This document shows, one piece after another, positions 1 to 9,537 of a stretch of DNA of 64,000 bases. Each line of letters opens with the position of its first letter. The stretch's first letter is position 1. Source of the DNA: a virus; IMG/VR virus record IMGVR_UViG_3300009104_000002, positions 1 to 64,000 of that record; one strand, written 5' to 3'. A program made the position numbers and the translations under genes. Under the pieces are notes generated by a model. The model searched no databases. It saw nothing but the letters and a program-made list of their open reading frames with translations, and was not told the DNA's origin.

Positions 1-58
1 TTAGAGTGTTTAGAGTGTTTAGAGTGTTTAGAGTGTTTAGAGTGTTTAGAGTGTTTAG
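1..58. repeat. 9-bp tandem repeat (TTAGAGTGT)x6 plus partial unit, cut by window edge
   Basis: Read directly at 1-58; the array runs off the left edge. Confidence 0.95.
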
Positions 59-65
59 TATTATT

Positions 66-94
66 AATATAACAGTATTTTAGAATCTTGTCAA
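66..94 (-). promoter_or_regulatory. sigma70-type promoter TTGACA-N17-TATATT reading into the 9-bp repeat
   Basis: Plus strand has aatata at 66-71 and tgtcaa at 89-94, a 17-bp spacer. Confidence 0.65.
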
Positions 95-113
95 GGAAAA
101 AATTGTAATTTTT

Positions 114-1040
114 TTATAAACCAAGTTCTTCATCTGGAAATTCTCCCTCAATATCAGAATCTATATCAATATCCCCAGGAGAGGCTACTGAAACTTGTGT
201 AATTGGGTTGTCATTAAAATAATCATTATTATATCTTCCAGCCCATGATAGGACATTTACTTTATAAAAAATTTTAAATAAATCCCTCTCCGTTAAAGAA
301 TTTGCCGGAAATACCTTATATTGTTTCTCCGATTCTGGTAAAAATATATTTTCTCTTGTATCTAAGACTACCTCATCTTTGATAATATTATCTGGAAAAT
401 TTGTATAAAATTCTATCAATGCAGTGGCGATGCCGCCACTTTCATATGCTTTTTCAGTATATTTTTTTAATTCTGCATTTTCTTCATCTTGGGTAAGCTC
501 TTGAGAGTCTTCTCCGAGAGTAAAATCTTCTTCTTCCGTTTCTCCAGAATCCGCACCCATATCCCCTCCTGGGATATCACTAACCTTAATTGTCACTACT
601 TCATCTTCTTCTGAATCTTCCAGATCTATATCTTCTTCAGCATCATTCTCGATACTGGATCTTCCTTTCTTGACATTTTCCAGATCTTCTCCGGCGTCAA
701 TGTTGTCCATGGTCTCTTCAGAGAAGTCTAAAATAAATTCTACGAAGATTTCTCTATCTTCCTCACTTGAGACTAAATCAATAAATGCCTCTTTAAAGGC
801 AAATTTGCCCTTTTGTTTTTTTGGACTTTGAGATCCAAAAACTCTAGTCATAAGATGACCCAACTGATTTAGGGAATTATATTCATATCTAGGCGCATCC
901 AGAGCTTCTTTTAAAAAAGATCTTACTATGGTTCGGATATATTTATCCTCTTTTAAATTTTTTTTCTTTACAATATTTATAGCTTTGCGAATATTTTCTC
1001 GCAATAGCTGCTCTTTAATAAAATCATCTCTATCAATCAT
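114..1040 (-). CDS. acidic hypothetical protein (308 aa)
   Basis: Long ORF, D/E-rich centre, upstream ACTAATTATA motif. Confidence 0.8.
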   Translation of the reverse strand: MIDRDDFIKEQLLRENIRKAINIVKKKNLKEDKYIRTIVRSFLKEALDAPRYEYNSLNQLGHLMTRVFGSQSPKKQKGKFAFKEAFIDLVSSEEDREIFVEFILDFSEETMDNIDAGEDLENVKKGRSSIENDAEEDIDLEDSEEDEVVTIKVSDIPGGDMGADSGETEEEDFTLGEDSQELTQDEENAELKKYTEKAYESGGIATALIEFYTNFPDNIIKDEVVLDTRENIFLPESEKQYKVFPANSLTERDLFKIFYKVNVLSWAGRYNNDYFNDNPITQVSVASPGDIDIDSDIEGEFPDEELGL

Positions 1041-1064
1041 ATTTAAAAAATCTCCAAATTATAC

Positions 1065-1074
1065 TATAATTAGT
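1065..1074 (-). promoter_or_regulatory. recurrent ACTA(T/A)TTAT(A/T) motif, putative phage late promoter
   Basis: Plus-strand (t/a)ataa(a/t)tagt occurs at 1065, 4418, 9254, 12646, 18973, 21040, 22426, 24937, 27239, 37373, 43926, 46752 and 55277 (13024 ends in c). Nearly all are a short distance upstream of a minus-strand start codon. Confidence 0.7.
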
Positions 1075-3799
1075 TATTTTTTCTGTCTGAGGAAGTATAA
1101 ATTTTTATTCCTTTAATTTTATCTCTAGGACTTGAGGCATTTCCTGCCACAGCACCTCCAGCAACTGCCGAAATTTCCTCGATTGGATCAAAAGGATCAT
1201 CATCGGCCTTTTTTCTTCTTGACCTAAACGCTTTCGTGGGATCCTTTTTGGGAGGACATTTGCATTGTTGACAACATTGTTTACAATTCGCAATTGGTGG
1301 CCCAGGTTTCCCACTAAATGATCCGCCATCTCCGCCAATGGCGCGATATTCTTCAAGTTCTTCTTCGGATTCTTTGACTTTTTCTGGCAAATTTTCATAA
1401 TCTTTTTTTGTCATTTTGGATCCCAGCTTCTTTGCGGCTTCCGGATTATTGGCATACAAATATCCCTGCTGCACCTCACTATCAAACTTTTCCTCAATAA
1501 CTTCCCTAATTAATGAAAAAATTGCTTCTGAGAGCGCGTTGTTTGGATTTGAAATTCTTGCCCTCACCATCTCATAGATATCCTCGTCAAACCACCCCAT
1601 AAGCCCCTCAAAGACTTCAGGGGTCATATTTTTTAGGCATGCCCGAATAGATGTTCCGCACATCTCTCCAAAGCCACTTATTTCCATGGAAACGTGAGGT
1701 GCAACCATAATATATCCATGTTTATTATAGGTTTCTAAATTATTTTTATTTGCTTCGTAATCTTTGAACCAGGCAGGGGAGCCAGATTTAGTTACTCCAC
1801 CCATATTTGCAAAACGAGGATCTTCATTCATATCTTTTTTACCAACAGCATAAATGGCCGTTGTTTTTGAGGGATCAAAATAATTATCTAATTCTTTTGA
1901 TCTATATGGGCTGTCTGCAAACAATATTTGATTTTCTGGTATACCATGCTTTATCATAATTGCTTTTTTATCTTCGAAATTTAAAGGAGATTTCGGAATA
2001 ACAACTTTATCAGAGGTAATAATATAAACATTTCCTTTTCCCCACTTATTCTCTAATTGATGAAACACCTCTAAGTGGTGTCTCCCCATTGGCTGAAAGC
2101 GGCCAGGATATAAAATTACTTTTCTTTTCTTTTCCTTTTCTTCAAATAAAGTCCGCACAACCTCATCTATAAGATTTTCTTTTATTTCGCATTTTTTCTT
2201 GGTCTGTTCGGACAAATGACGACAAATGGCACCCGCTATAGCAAGTCTAACATCACTAACATTTTCTATAAAAGATGGTAGTGGAGTTTCTTTTAAAATT
2301 AAATTATATATAAATTCACTATCCGCCGCGATGCTTTTTCCATTAATCTCAACAATTTTATTCCGAGGATCTTCAAGTTCGGATAGCCACACATTAATTG
2401 GTTTGGTAATCTTATCTTTTTCACTAAAAGCAACAGTAAAGGTTTCTTCTAGGCCCGCAAAAGCTCCAAATTTTGATTGAAGAATAAAATCACCAGTAAT
2501 TTTAAATGGAGAACTATACATTCCATTAACAATAATGCCTTCCTGCTTAGTAAGATTTCCAAAAACATCTGATATATCAACCCCCTCCCATTCACCCTTC
2601 TTATTTCTTTCCAGTCTTTTAATATCTGCCTTAAGGTGTTTTAAGAGAACAACCCCCAAAATTCTTGTAATTTCTACTATAACAGGTCCAAAAATTGCCA
2701 ACTTACAATCTGTTATTTCTTTTGAATCTAAATCGCAGTTAGATCGTTCGGCTGCTATCAAATCCAACACTGGAAGTTGTTTTTTTATAACATCATCATA
2801 AAGATCTCTGTGATATATACTTCTCTTTTTTCCGTCTTTCATTCTAACCTCAGAATGATAATTGGGAACAACGGTTATTATTTCGAACCAATCGTTGATA
2901 TTTTTACTAATAACAACTGAATCAGAAACATTAACCTCGATATATTCTTCAAGAGCATTTTGGAGTGCGCTCGTTAAATCTTCTTTCACCTCGCCGGCTA
3001 CATATGTAGCCACCGGAGCGTATACTTCAAATGCCTGCTTTCTTGCAAAGGGAATAATTTTTTTAACCAACCTATCCAATGCTGTCCTATTATATGAGAT
3101 TGGTCTGCTAGTTTCTTTTCCCAATGTAATTTCATTTGTGTGAGAATTTTTTATTTTTCTAGGTTTAGCCCCAGGCCTCGTGATTTCTCCCGTTCTTTTA
3201 TCCTTTTTTTCATAAAATTCATTAATTCCGTGAAAAACAATAGCACTATGGGGATATTCAATTAAATTTGCTCTTCTGGTTTTGGGATCGATTTGAATAT
3301 ATTCAGTATTTAGAAATTTTGTAGTATCAGCTTCTCCATTTTTTTTGATGAGTCCCAAGTCTTTTAAATCTTTTATCATATCTGGCTTATATGCTTCGAG
3401 TGCCGGATTCATAATTTGATCGAGCAAAATCTCGGTAGAGCTTCTTAGCCCCACATTAAGTCTTCTTTCATCAAAATCATCAGTAGTAACCCCCAATGGA
3501 TCAATGGGAAATCGCCCTCCAGTTGAGCCGCGATCTAAAGCAAACTCATATTTTCCCCTTCGGTCAATAATTTTAATACTGTTATTTGAGCCGTCCCATT
3601 TTAAAGAGCTGCGCGTGGCTAATTTTTTACTTAATGAAACACCAGTTTCAATTTTTTTCTTTAATTCTTTATCAACTTCTATCGAAAGCCATTCAGGAAT
3701 CCTTAAAAATAAATTCCTTAATTCATTTCCCGTTTTTACCTCTTCGAGTTCATATGGATGTGCTGCATGGCCAGCTGCGCCGCCCTCAGTTAAAAACAT
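1070..3799 (-). CDS. multidomain protein: GGAAGH..HP / KWDG ligase-like N-domain (DUF6267-like) fused to an HxGH-type (cytidylyltransferase-like) nucleotidyltransferase
   Basis: Motifs EGGAAGHAAHPYE, SLKWDGSN and VILYPGRFQPMGRHH; Cys-rich tail CKQCCQQCKC. Confidence 0.65.
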   Translation of the reverse strand: MFLTEGGAAGHAAHPYELEEVKTGNELRNLFLRIPEWLSIEVDKELKKKIETGVSLSKKLATRSSLKWDGSNNSIKIIDRRGKYEFALDRGSTGGRFPIDPLGVTTDDFDERRLNVGLRSSTEILLDQIMNPALEAYKPDMIKDLKDLGLIKKNGEADTTKFLNTEYIQIDPKTRRANLIEYPHSAIVFHGINEFYEKKDKRTGEITRPGAKPRKIKNSHTNEITLGKETSRPISYNRTALDRLVKKIIPFARKQAFEVYAPVATYVAGEVKEDLTSALQNALEEYIEVNVSDSVVISKNINDWFEIITVVPNYHSEVRMKDGKKRSIYHRDLYDDVIKKQLPVLDLIAAERSNCDLDSKEITDCKLAIFGPVIVEITRILGVVLLKHLKADIKRLERNKKGEWEGVDISDVFGNLTKQEGIIVNGMYSSPFKITGDFILQSKFGAFAGLEETFTVAFSEKDKITKPINVWLSELEDPRNKIVEINGKSIAADSEFIYNLILKETPLPSFIENVSDVRLAIAGAICRHLSEQTKKKCEIKENLIDEVVRTLFEEKEKKRKVILYPGRFQPMGRHHLEVFHQLENKWGKGNVYIITSDKVVIPKSPLNFEDKKAIMIKHGIPENQILFADSPYRSKELDNYFDPSKTTAIYAVGKKDMNEDPRFANMGGVTKSGSPAWFKDYEANKNNLETYNKHGYIMVAPHVSMEISGFGEMCGTSIRACLKNMTPEVFEGLMGWFDEDIYEMVRARISNPNNALSEAIFSLIREVIEEKFDSEVQQGYLYANNPEAAKKLGSKMTKKDYENLPEKVKESEEELEEYRAIGGDGGSFSGKPGPPIANCKQCCQQCKCPPKKDPTKAFRSRRKKADDDPFDPIEEISAVAGGAVAGNASSPRDKIKGIKIYTSSDRKNN

Positions 3800-4074
3800 T
3801 ATTCATCCCCTCGATTTTCTTCAAGAATTTGTAATTTTTCTTGAAGTTGACTATTTTCTTCCGATAGGACCCTATTTTGTTCTTCCAGTTTCCTATAGCC
3901 CCTCCTCAAATGAGTTAAATTTTCCAATGCCAACTCTATTCTCTGTCTCTCTTTGATGGTCCTGGGCTTGAGACTCTCTAAAGCCTCTTTTACCGCTCTG
4001 GCCCTAGAAAGGCCGGATGCCTTTTTTTTCCATTCTCCGAGGAGAAATTTCCTTGTGATTTTTCCAAAATCCAT
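3799..4074 (-). CDS. coiled-coil hypothetical protein
   Basis: ORF abuts the next gene; heptad-rich C-terminus. Confidence 0.7.
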   Translation of the reverse strand: MDFGKITRKFLLGEWKKKASGLSRARAVKEALESLKPRTIKERQRIELALENLTHLRRGYRKLEEQNRVLSEENSQLQEKLQILEENRGDE

Positions 4075-4079
4075 AATAA

Positions 4080-4388
4080 TTATTCCTCTTTTTTCTTGCT
4101 TCTGAATCTTCCCTTATTCTCGGTTGATTTCTCATCTTTTGAGTCCGTTTTTCTATCCACAGATCGCGAAGCCGGGGAGGATTTACTTATCTTTTCTTGC
4201 CTCCTAATCTCTTCGGCGGCCTTCCTTTGTTTCGCACGTCGCTCTTTATCTTTTTTCGCAATGGCTGCCTGCTCGGCAGCCAAATTGGCTGCAGCAAGCG
4301 CTTGTTTTTCCGCCAAAGCCTTTTTAGCCAATTCTTCTCTTTTTTGTCGAGCAGCTCTTCTACAAGCCCTTCTTCTTTGTTTTCCCAT
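4080..4388 (-). CDS. basic K/R/A-rich hypothetical protein
   Basis: AAGGAG RBS upstream and a late motif at 4418. Confidence 0.7.
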   Translation of the reverse strand: MGKQRRRACRRAARQKREELAKKALAEKQALAAANLAAEQAAIAKKDKERRAKQRKAAEEIRRQEKISKSSPASRSVDRKTDSKDEKSTENKGRFRSKKKEE

Positions 4389-4435
4389 AATAAAACTCCT
4401 TTAAATAAGTAATATAATATAAATAGTTCAAAATC

Positions 4436-5869
4436 TTATGCTGATCCAGAAAAATCTTGATTTGTTCTCAATCTCAAGCTACTTATTCCTTTCGTCCCCA
4501 AAGTAAATGGAATTTGATCAACTTTGCGTGCCCTCTGTACAGACAATATTTTATATGTATTCAGAGCATATCCTTCGCCAACAACCGCAGTTACTAATTT
4601 TTCTTGAGGATTTGAAGCCGTTATAATTGGGTCCGGACCTGGACCGGGAGGAGTTGCAGAAGAAATATAAGCGTAAACACTCCCACTTAAAGATGGCGCG
4701 GAAATTGAGGCGCCCTCGGTCATATTTAAATTTGTTTCATATGTTCCAGACGCGTCTGGAACAAATGTGAATGTTTCCCCCAAACCAACATTTCCAGACA
4801 AATCAGAAGCTACCGATCCTGATTGTAAAAAGAATAAATTACCAACCTCCACTGGTGAAAGTTGCCTATCCCATATTGAAAATTCATCCAAGGTCGCTTC
4901 AAGGCGGCCGTGGTTACCAAGTCTCCCAACTTGCAAATTGTTCGATAAGCCAGTAAGGGCCGCGCCCACAGTACTGGTGTCGGCTAATGACCCATTAATA
5001 TAGAGGGATAAATCAGAGCCATCATAAGTTATAACTATTTGACTCCAATCATCGACAACTGCGATATTTCCTTCAACGGTATCGGGAGCATTCCAGGCGC
5101 CCACAAATGACCGAATAGTTGTTGCATTTAGCCAAAAAATACCAACACCTTGAGTCCAAGAGAAAGAATTTGAAAATCCAAGCACCCCATCATATAATGC
5201 TGGGGTCCACCCCCCATCACCCTTCATCCAAATAGCCATAGAAAAACTGGAGGCCGGCGAAAGGAAACCACTAGCCAATCCAAAATCAATATAGCTAGTA
5301 TCTGCTGTGAGCCCAGAACCTATAATTTGATATCCTTCGGCACCGATTTTTCCAGGCGCCAGAATCACATTGCTGGTGGTTCCATTTTTACTATTTCCAG
5401 AAGAATCATCTGCGTTTCCTTCAAAGTGCCACAATCCTTGATTATTTGTCATATCAAAATATGTATTTACACCATTATCTGGCAAAGGATAACTGGAATT
5501 TCCGAAAGAACTACCAGCAGGTACGGAATTCCAAGACCAATGAAATGTTGATGATGCGGGGTCCAAAGATTGAGAAGAGGCGTCAAATGAGGCACTTATG
5601 CCGACTGTACCACTTATATTTGGAACAAGAAATGGAACATCTGCATCGTGAACGGCCGTGGCGAAAGTTTTGCGAAGTTCTATGGGCGTCGTTCCCTCTG
5701 GAACATCATGAACTACGGTTCCGAAAGTTTTTCTAAGCTCAATAGGCGTCGTGCCCTCTGGAACATCATGAACTACGGTTCCGAAGGTTTTCCTAAGCTC
5801 TATGGGTGTGGTGCCCTCTGGAACATCGTGGACGACTGTTCCGAAAATATTTCGGAGGTTGGTCGTCAT
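4436..5869 (-). CDS. LamG/concanavalin-A-like domain virion fibre protein with N-terminal 20-aa repeats
   Basis: GLWHFEGNADDSSGN, FSMAIWMK, WSQIVITYDGSDLSLYING and LDEFSIWDRQLSPVEV are LamG-type strands. Confidence 0.75.
   Translation of the reverse strand: MTTNLRNIFGTVVHDVPEGTTPIELRKTFGTVVHDVPEGTTPIELRKTFGTVVHDVPEGTTPIELRKTFATAVHDADVPFLVPNISGTVGISASFDASSQSLDPASSTFHWSWNSVPAGSSFGNSSYPLPDNGVNTYFDMTNNQGLWHFEGNADDSSGNSKNGTTSNVILAPGKIGAEGYQIIGSGLTADTSYIDFGLASGFLSPASSFSMAIWMKGDGGWTPALYDGVLGFSNSFSWTQGVGIFWLNATTIRSFVGAWNAPDTVEGNIAVVDDWSQIVITYDGSDLSLYINGSLADTSTVGAALTGLSNNLQVGRLGNHGRLEATLDEFSIWDRQLSPVEVGNLFFLQSGSVASDLSGNVGLGETFTFVPDASGTYETNLNMTEGASISAPSLSGSVYAYISSATPPGPGPDPIITASNPQEKLVTAVVGEGYALNTYKILSVQRARKVDQIPFTLGTKGISSLRLRTNQDFSGSA
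5644..5846. repeat. 60-bp coding tandem repeat, about 3.3 copies (FGTVVHDVPEGTTPIELRKT)
   Basis: Lines 5641/5701/5761/5821 align in register with mainly synonymous differences. Confidence 0.9.
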
Positions 5870-6924
5870 TAGCTACCGCTTATCTCCGCGTTGAGAACGA
5901 AAGAACTCCCAGAGACTAAACCAACCGATCCGCTACTCGTCCAGGCATAGGCGTTTATTCCATCAACAACAGCGCTACCGGTTGTGAAGGGTCCAGCAGG
6001 ATTATTCCCAATTCCAGCAATTATATTTGTCGCCGATGACCCGCTGGCATAAAGGTGAGCGGTTACTCCATAAGTATTAAAAGAATCCAGCCCCAGAGTG
6101 GTCCCAAGAATATCTGTATTGACTCTCACATATTCGCCAGTCAGAGGGTCTGCTTCGGCAACTACCGGCGTCGTCGCAATCTGGCCAGTCAAATTCGCCG
6201 ACTGGGCATCGGTCACCCCATCCGAAGCTGGCGTCCAAGACCCACTGTCACTAAGGTCCTGTGTGGGCCCCGTTCTCGTCACAAGCTGCCCATAGGGGTT
6301 TGGATCAGTAAGTTCGTCGTAAACAACAATATCCGAAAGCATCGTATAAAATCCAGCGTCTTCCAGGCCGTTGAAGCGGAAATTAGCAACAGACTCTTCC
6401 TGTAGATTACCACTTGTTCGACTCCCGGAAGCCACAGAGGCCCCATTTATAAAAAGTTCGGCGCCCCAGTGGGATGACACACCCGTTGTCATATCATACT
6501 TTACGGCGAGGTGATGCCAAGTATCTTTCTGGAGACCGAGTCCGGCGGCGGTCGCGACTTGGTTGGAATCAATCCAAATGGTAAAACCATTTCCGGCCGC
6601 GCCCTGAATCCATATGTCTCTGGGCCCAGATACGGGACCCTCAATTTCAAGAATATTTCTTGCTTCAAAATCGTTAGCAGGATCATTAAAATAAAAATAA
6701 AATCCAATCCACCCTTTGCCACCTCCCACACTTAATGGCGCCAACATCCCATTGGAGACATAATCCGCCTGCATAGCCCACCTGTCGGCCGCATCACCTA
6801 CATAAGTGTGAACGATGGCCTGCGATGGTTGAAATTGGGCTGTATTAACAATCTCCCATCCGGCCAGATCATTTAATTCTGTTGATGTTTCAGGGCCAAA
6901 CGCCCAACTCCACTTATAAGCCAT
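5869..6924 (-). CDS. LamG-like beta-sandwich virion/fibre protein
   Basis: WHHLAVKYD...ELFINGASVASG motif; G/S/T/A-rich; coupled to the adjacent LamG gene. Confidence 0.6.
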   Translation of the reverse strand: MAYKWSWAFGPETSTELNDLAGWEIVNTAQFQPSQAIVHTYVGDAADRWAMQADYVSNGMLAPLSVGGGKGWIGFYFYFNDPANDFEARNILEIEGPVSGPRDIWIQGAAGNGFTIWIDSNQVATAAGLGLQKDTWHHLAVKYDMTTGVSSHWGAELFINGASVASGSRTSGNLQEESVANFRFNGLEDAGFYTMLSDIVVYDELTDPNPYGQLVTRTGPTQDLSDSGSWTPASDGVTDAQSANLTGQIATTPVVAEADPLTGEYVRVNTDILGTTLGLDSFNTYGVTAHLYASGSSATNIIAGIGNNPAGPFTTGSAVVDGINAYAWTSSGSVGLVSGSSFVLNAEISGS

Positions 6925-9251
6925 TATAGAAACCTCCTTTTAAGTTCATAATATTTCCTCTCTCTTCTTTCGGTTAGTGAATTTCCGAAAGCGCGATTTG
7001 TTTGTTTATATCCGTCTTCCCAGTCGCGAAAAATCATATTTCCACGAAGATAAGCGTCTTCTTCCATTTTCCTTAGGTGCTCATCAGATTGGGCGTACCC
7101 TTCACCCATTGCTCTGAGATTGTCGAATTGTCCGTCACAATTTTGAGCATGATGAACTAATTCGTGAGAAAGAGATCTCATAATATCTTTTGGGTGTCGC
7201 CCATCAATAAACACAGTGACAGCCATAGATGAGGGGTCATATTGTGCTGTTTTTCCCAACATCTTTTTTCCATTTTCTGGATCGGAAATAAAATTAATTT
7301 CTGGATCCTTATCATAATTTAATCTCTTTTTAATGAATGGCATAAATGAATCTAGGTGCACCTTGAGGTGCTGGTGATCCAAACTTTCATTCAATTCTTG
7401 TCGTTTTCCGGCCTCTGTACTCATTAGGGCCTCTATCTTTTTTCTAAGATGATTTCCCATAAAACCACTGGGAATTTTTAATTTGGGAATAATATCAAGA
7501 GCATTATTTAAATTATTTAGATTTTGCAATTCGTCTTTTTCAAGCATTTTCTTTAGAAGGACGGGTGGCTTTAATTGATACAACTTTGATTTATTTATCC
7601 ACCCCTTAACTTCGTCTACAATCTGCTTTGTTGACATCATTTTATTTTTTTCTTCTAGGCCGGCAAAAAGTTTCTCAACCCACAGACCATAAGAATCTGG
7701 ACTTAATATAATTCCTTCCATATATTTTGGTTGTCTAAACCACTTACCAAGTGCCCCATATGCAAGGAGTGCCTCAAATGTATCGATATTGTGGTCCTTA
7801 TTTAATAATACTTTGATTTTGTTTATGACATCGGTTAGTTTAGGCTCGATATCTTTTCCAATGCCTTTTTTCCTAAATTCATCTTCGTCTTCTTTTGACT
7901 CATAGCCAAGATATTTTGAAATTTTGTCTGTCACAAGTTTTTGGATGTATTTAATAAAAATCCACCCCACGCCATCGCCACCGTCAGCAATGTTCCAGAA
8001 AAGGTCATTAGCCTGCTTGACATAGTCGTGGTCTTTGTCGGACGCCTCTTCTAGACCGCCAGTGAGGCTTGGGTCAACATTGTGTTTCTTTCCGCGATGA
8101 AGCCGCGCCTTTCGCTTTTTGGCGTTTCTCCTCAACCTATCCCATATTGCCAAAATCCTCCGGGCCCGAGCCCGCTTCTTGCCCTCATATTCTTTCCATC
8201 CATCTCTCATAGCTTTTTGAGTATCTACTTGTCTCTGTAAATTACCCAAGGTACCCAGGAACAATAATTTATAATAATTTTCAGCATCTTTCGTAGCCAT
8301 ATCAATCCCGCGTTGAGCCAACTGTTTAAACTCCTCATCCTTGAGTCTATTTCCAATGGCGCCCAAGGACACAAAATCTTCTTGTCTAGTCCTCTCCCCT
8401 TTGGCCCCGACGTACAATAATTTAAAAAAATCTTCTTTATCTTTTACCATCAAGTCAAGACCAGCCTGAGCCATCTGTTTAAACTCCTCATCCTTGAGTC
8501 TATTTCCTTCTTTGGCAGACTTAAAAGCATCGTCAACCAATTGTCGATAACCACGAAGGCCAGCGCGCTTCCAATCGTCAGGTGCATCCCCCTTCATATA
8601 TTTTGGATCCCTCGTTCGCTTGGTTGGATTTACCATTCTAGGAAACATATCGCTATAAATACTTAGCACCTTAACCAAATCTTTGGGTGTATACACCCCT
8701 TTCTCATCCCAATCAGCAGCTATTTTTAAAAATGTTTCAAATTTTGGAAACCCCAACCCATGTTTTCCGGGACCAAGAACTTCAGCCCCAGCCTCTTTAA
8801 ACATAGAATTTAGAGCCTTATAATATTCAATTTCTTTATTATTTTTCCCTCTCATATGTTTCGGGATAATTTCGCGCTCTTGTAATTTGCTTTTTACAAT
8901 ATCGTGAGTTGCCTGAACCGCTCTCTTGTCTATTTTTCCAGGAAGTCTTTTACCTCGCCGCCACCCTGATTTGGCGGGATGATAAAGAGGGAGAGATTGC
9001 GCCAAAAGCCTCCGCATGCTAGCGGACAGATCACTATTAGACGTAATTGGCGTGTTATTTATAGCGTCATACCACTCCGAAAACATTTGATAGCCAGCCC
9101 TCATCGCAAAATTGTAGACCTCCCCCGGAGAAGAATCAGAGGTTATGGTCGTGTCATCCCAACCCATAAGGGACTCTCCCCCACTCTCAATGGATTCTCT
9201 GAGGATATTTTTAAAATCTTCTGATTTCATATAAACAAATTCCTTTTTCAA
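6924..9251 (-). CDS. 775-aa protein with an internal duplication and a C-terminal HExxH zinc-metallopeptidase-like domain
   Basis: DGRHPKDIMRSLSHELVHHAQN; two copies of GNRLKDEEFKQ(M/L)AQ. Confidence 0.65.
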   Translation of the reverse strand: MKKEFVYMKSEDFKNILRESIESGGESLMGWDDTTITSDSSPGEVYNFAMRAGYQMFSEWYDAINNTPITSNSDLSASMRRLLAQSLPLYHPAKSGWRRGKRLPGKIDKRAVQATHDIVKSKLQEREIIPKHMRGKNNKEIEYYKALNSMFKEAGAEVLGPGKHGLGFPKFETFLKIAADWDEKGVYTPKDLVKVLSIYSDMFPRMVNPTKRTRDPKYMKGDAPDDWKRAGLRGYRQLVDDAFKSAKEGNRLKDEEFKQMAQAGLDLMVKDKEDFFKLLYVGAKGERTRQEDFVSLGAIGNRLKDEEFKQLAQRGIDMATKDAENYYKLLFLGTLGNLQRQVDTQKAMRDGWKEYEGKKRARARRILAIWDRLRRNAKKRKARLHRGKKHNVDPSLTGGLEEASDKDHDYVKQANDLFWNIADGGDGVGWIFIKYIQKLVTDKISKYLGYESKEDEDEFRKKGIGKDIEPKLTDVINKIKVLLNKDHNIDTFEALLAYGALGKWFRQPKYMEGIILSPDSYGLWVEKLFAGLEEKNKMMSTKQIVDEVKGWINKSKLYQLKPPVLLKKMLEKDELQNLNNLNNALDIIPKLKIPSGFMGNHLRKKIEALMSTEAGKRQELNESLDHQHLKVHLDSFMPFIKKRLNYDKDPEINFISDPENGKKMLGKTAQYDPSSMAVTVFIDGRHPKDIMRSLSHELVHHAQNCDGQFDNLRAMGEGYAQSDEHLRKMEEDAYLRGNMIFRDWEDGYKQTNRAFGNSLTERRERKYYELKRRFL
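8322..8507. repeat. 33-bp identical direct repeat, 153 bp apart, within the CDS
   Basis: ctgtttaaactcctcatccttgagtctatttcc at 8322-8354 and 8475-8507. Confidence 0.9.
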
Positions 9252-9258
9252 TCTATAA

Positions 9259-9537
9259 TTAGTCTTTGGTATCTGAAATTTTTATCAAATTTGAAAGTAA
9301 GGTGTCAATAATTTCATCTTCACCGAAAACATATATCTTTGCAAGCGGAAATTTTCTTTCCGAAAGCTTTTCCGTGAAGATTTCTAATATGATCCCAATC
9401 TTAAGAGTTGGAGAATTTAAAGAACACCACTTAACTAAATCACCAGAGTTATATTCATTTAGCAATTCTACACCAATAATTGGGATATTTTCTTTCATTA
9501 TTTTGAGTGTTTGTCCGCTATTGAATTTGAAGCCCAA
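9259..9537 (-). CDS. small SH3/KOW-like hypothetical protein (true start probably MKENIP)
   Basis: YNSGDLVKW...IGIILEI pattern. Confidence 0.55.
   Translation of the reverse strand: MGFKFNSGQTLKIMKENIPIIGVELLNEYNSGDLVKWCSLNSPTLKIGIILEIFTEKLSERKFPLAKIYVFGEDEIIDTLLSNLIKISDTKD

Noticed and set aside
1-58. Eukaryotic telomere
   Set aside because: The unit TTAGAGTGT lacks G-runs, and the context is bacterial-type (SD sites, sigma70 promoters, tmRNA).
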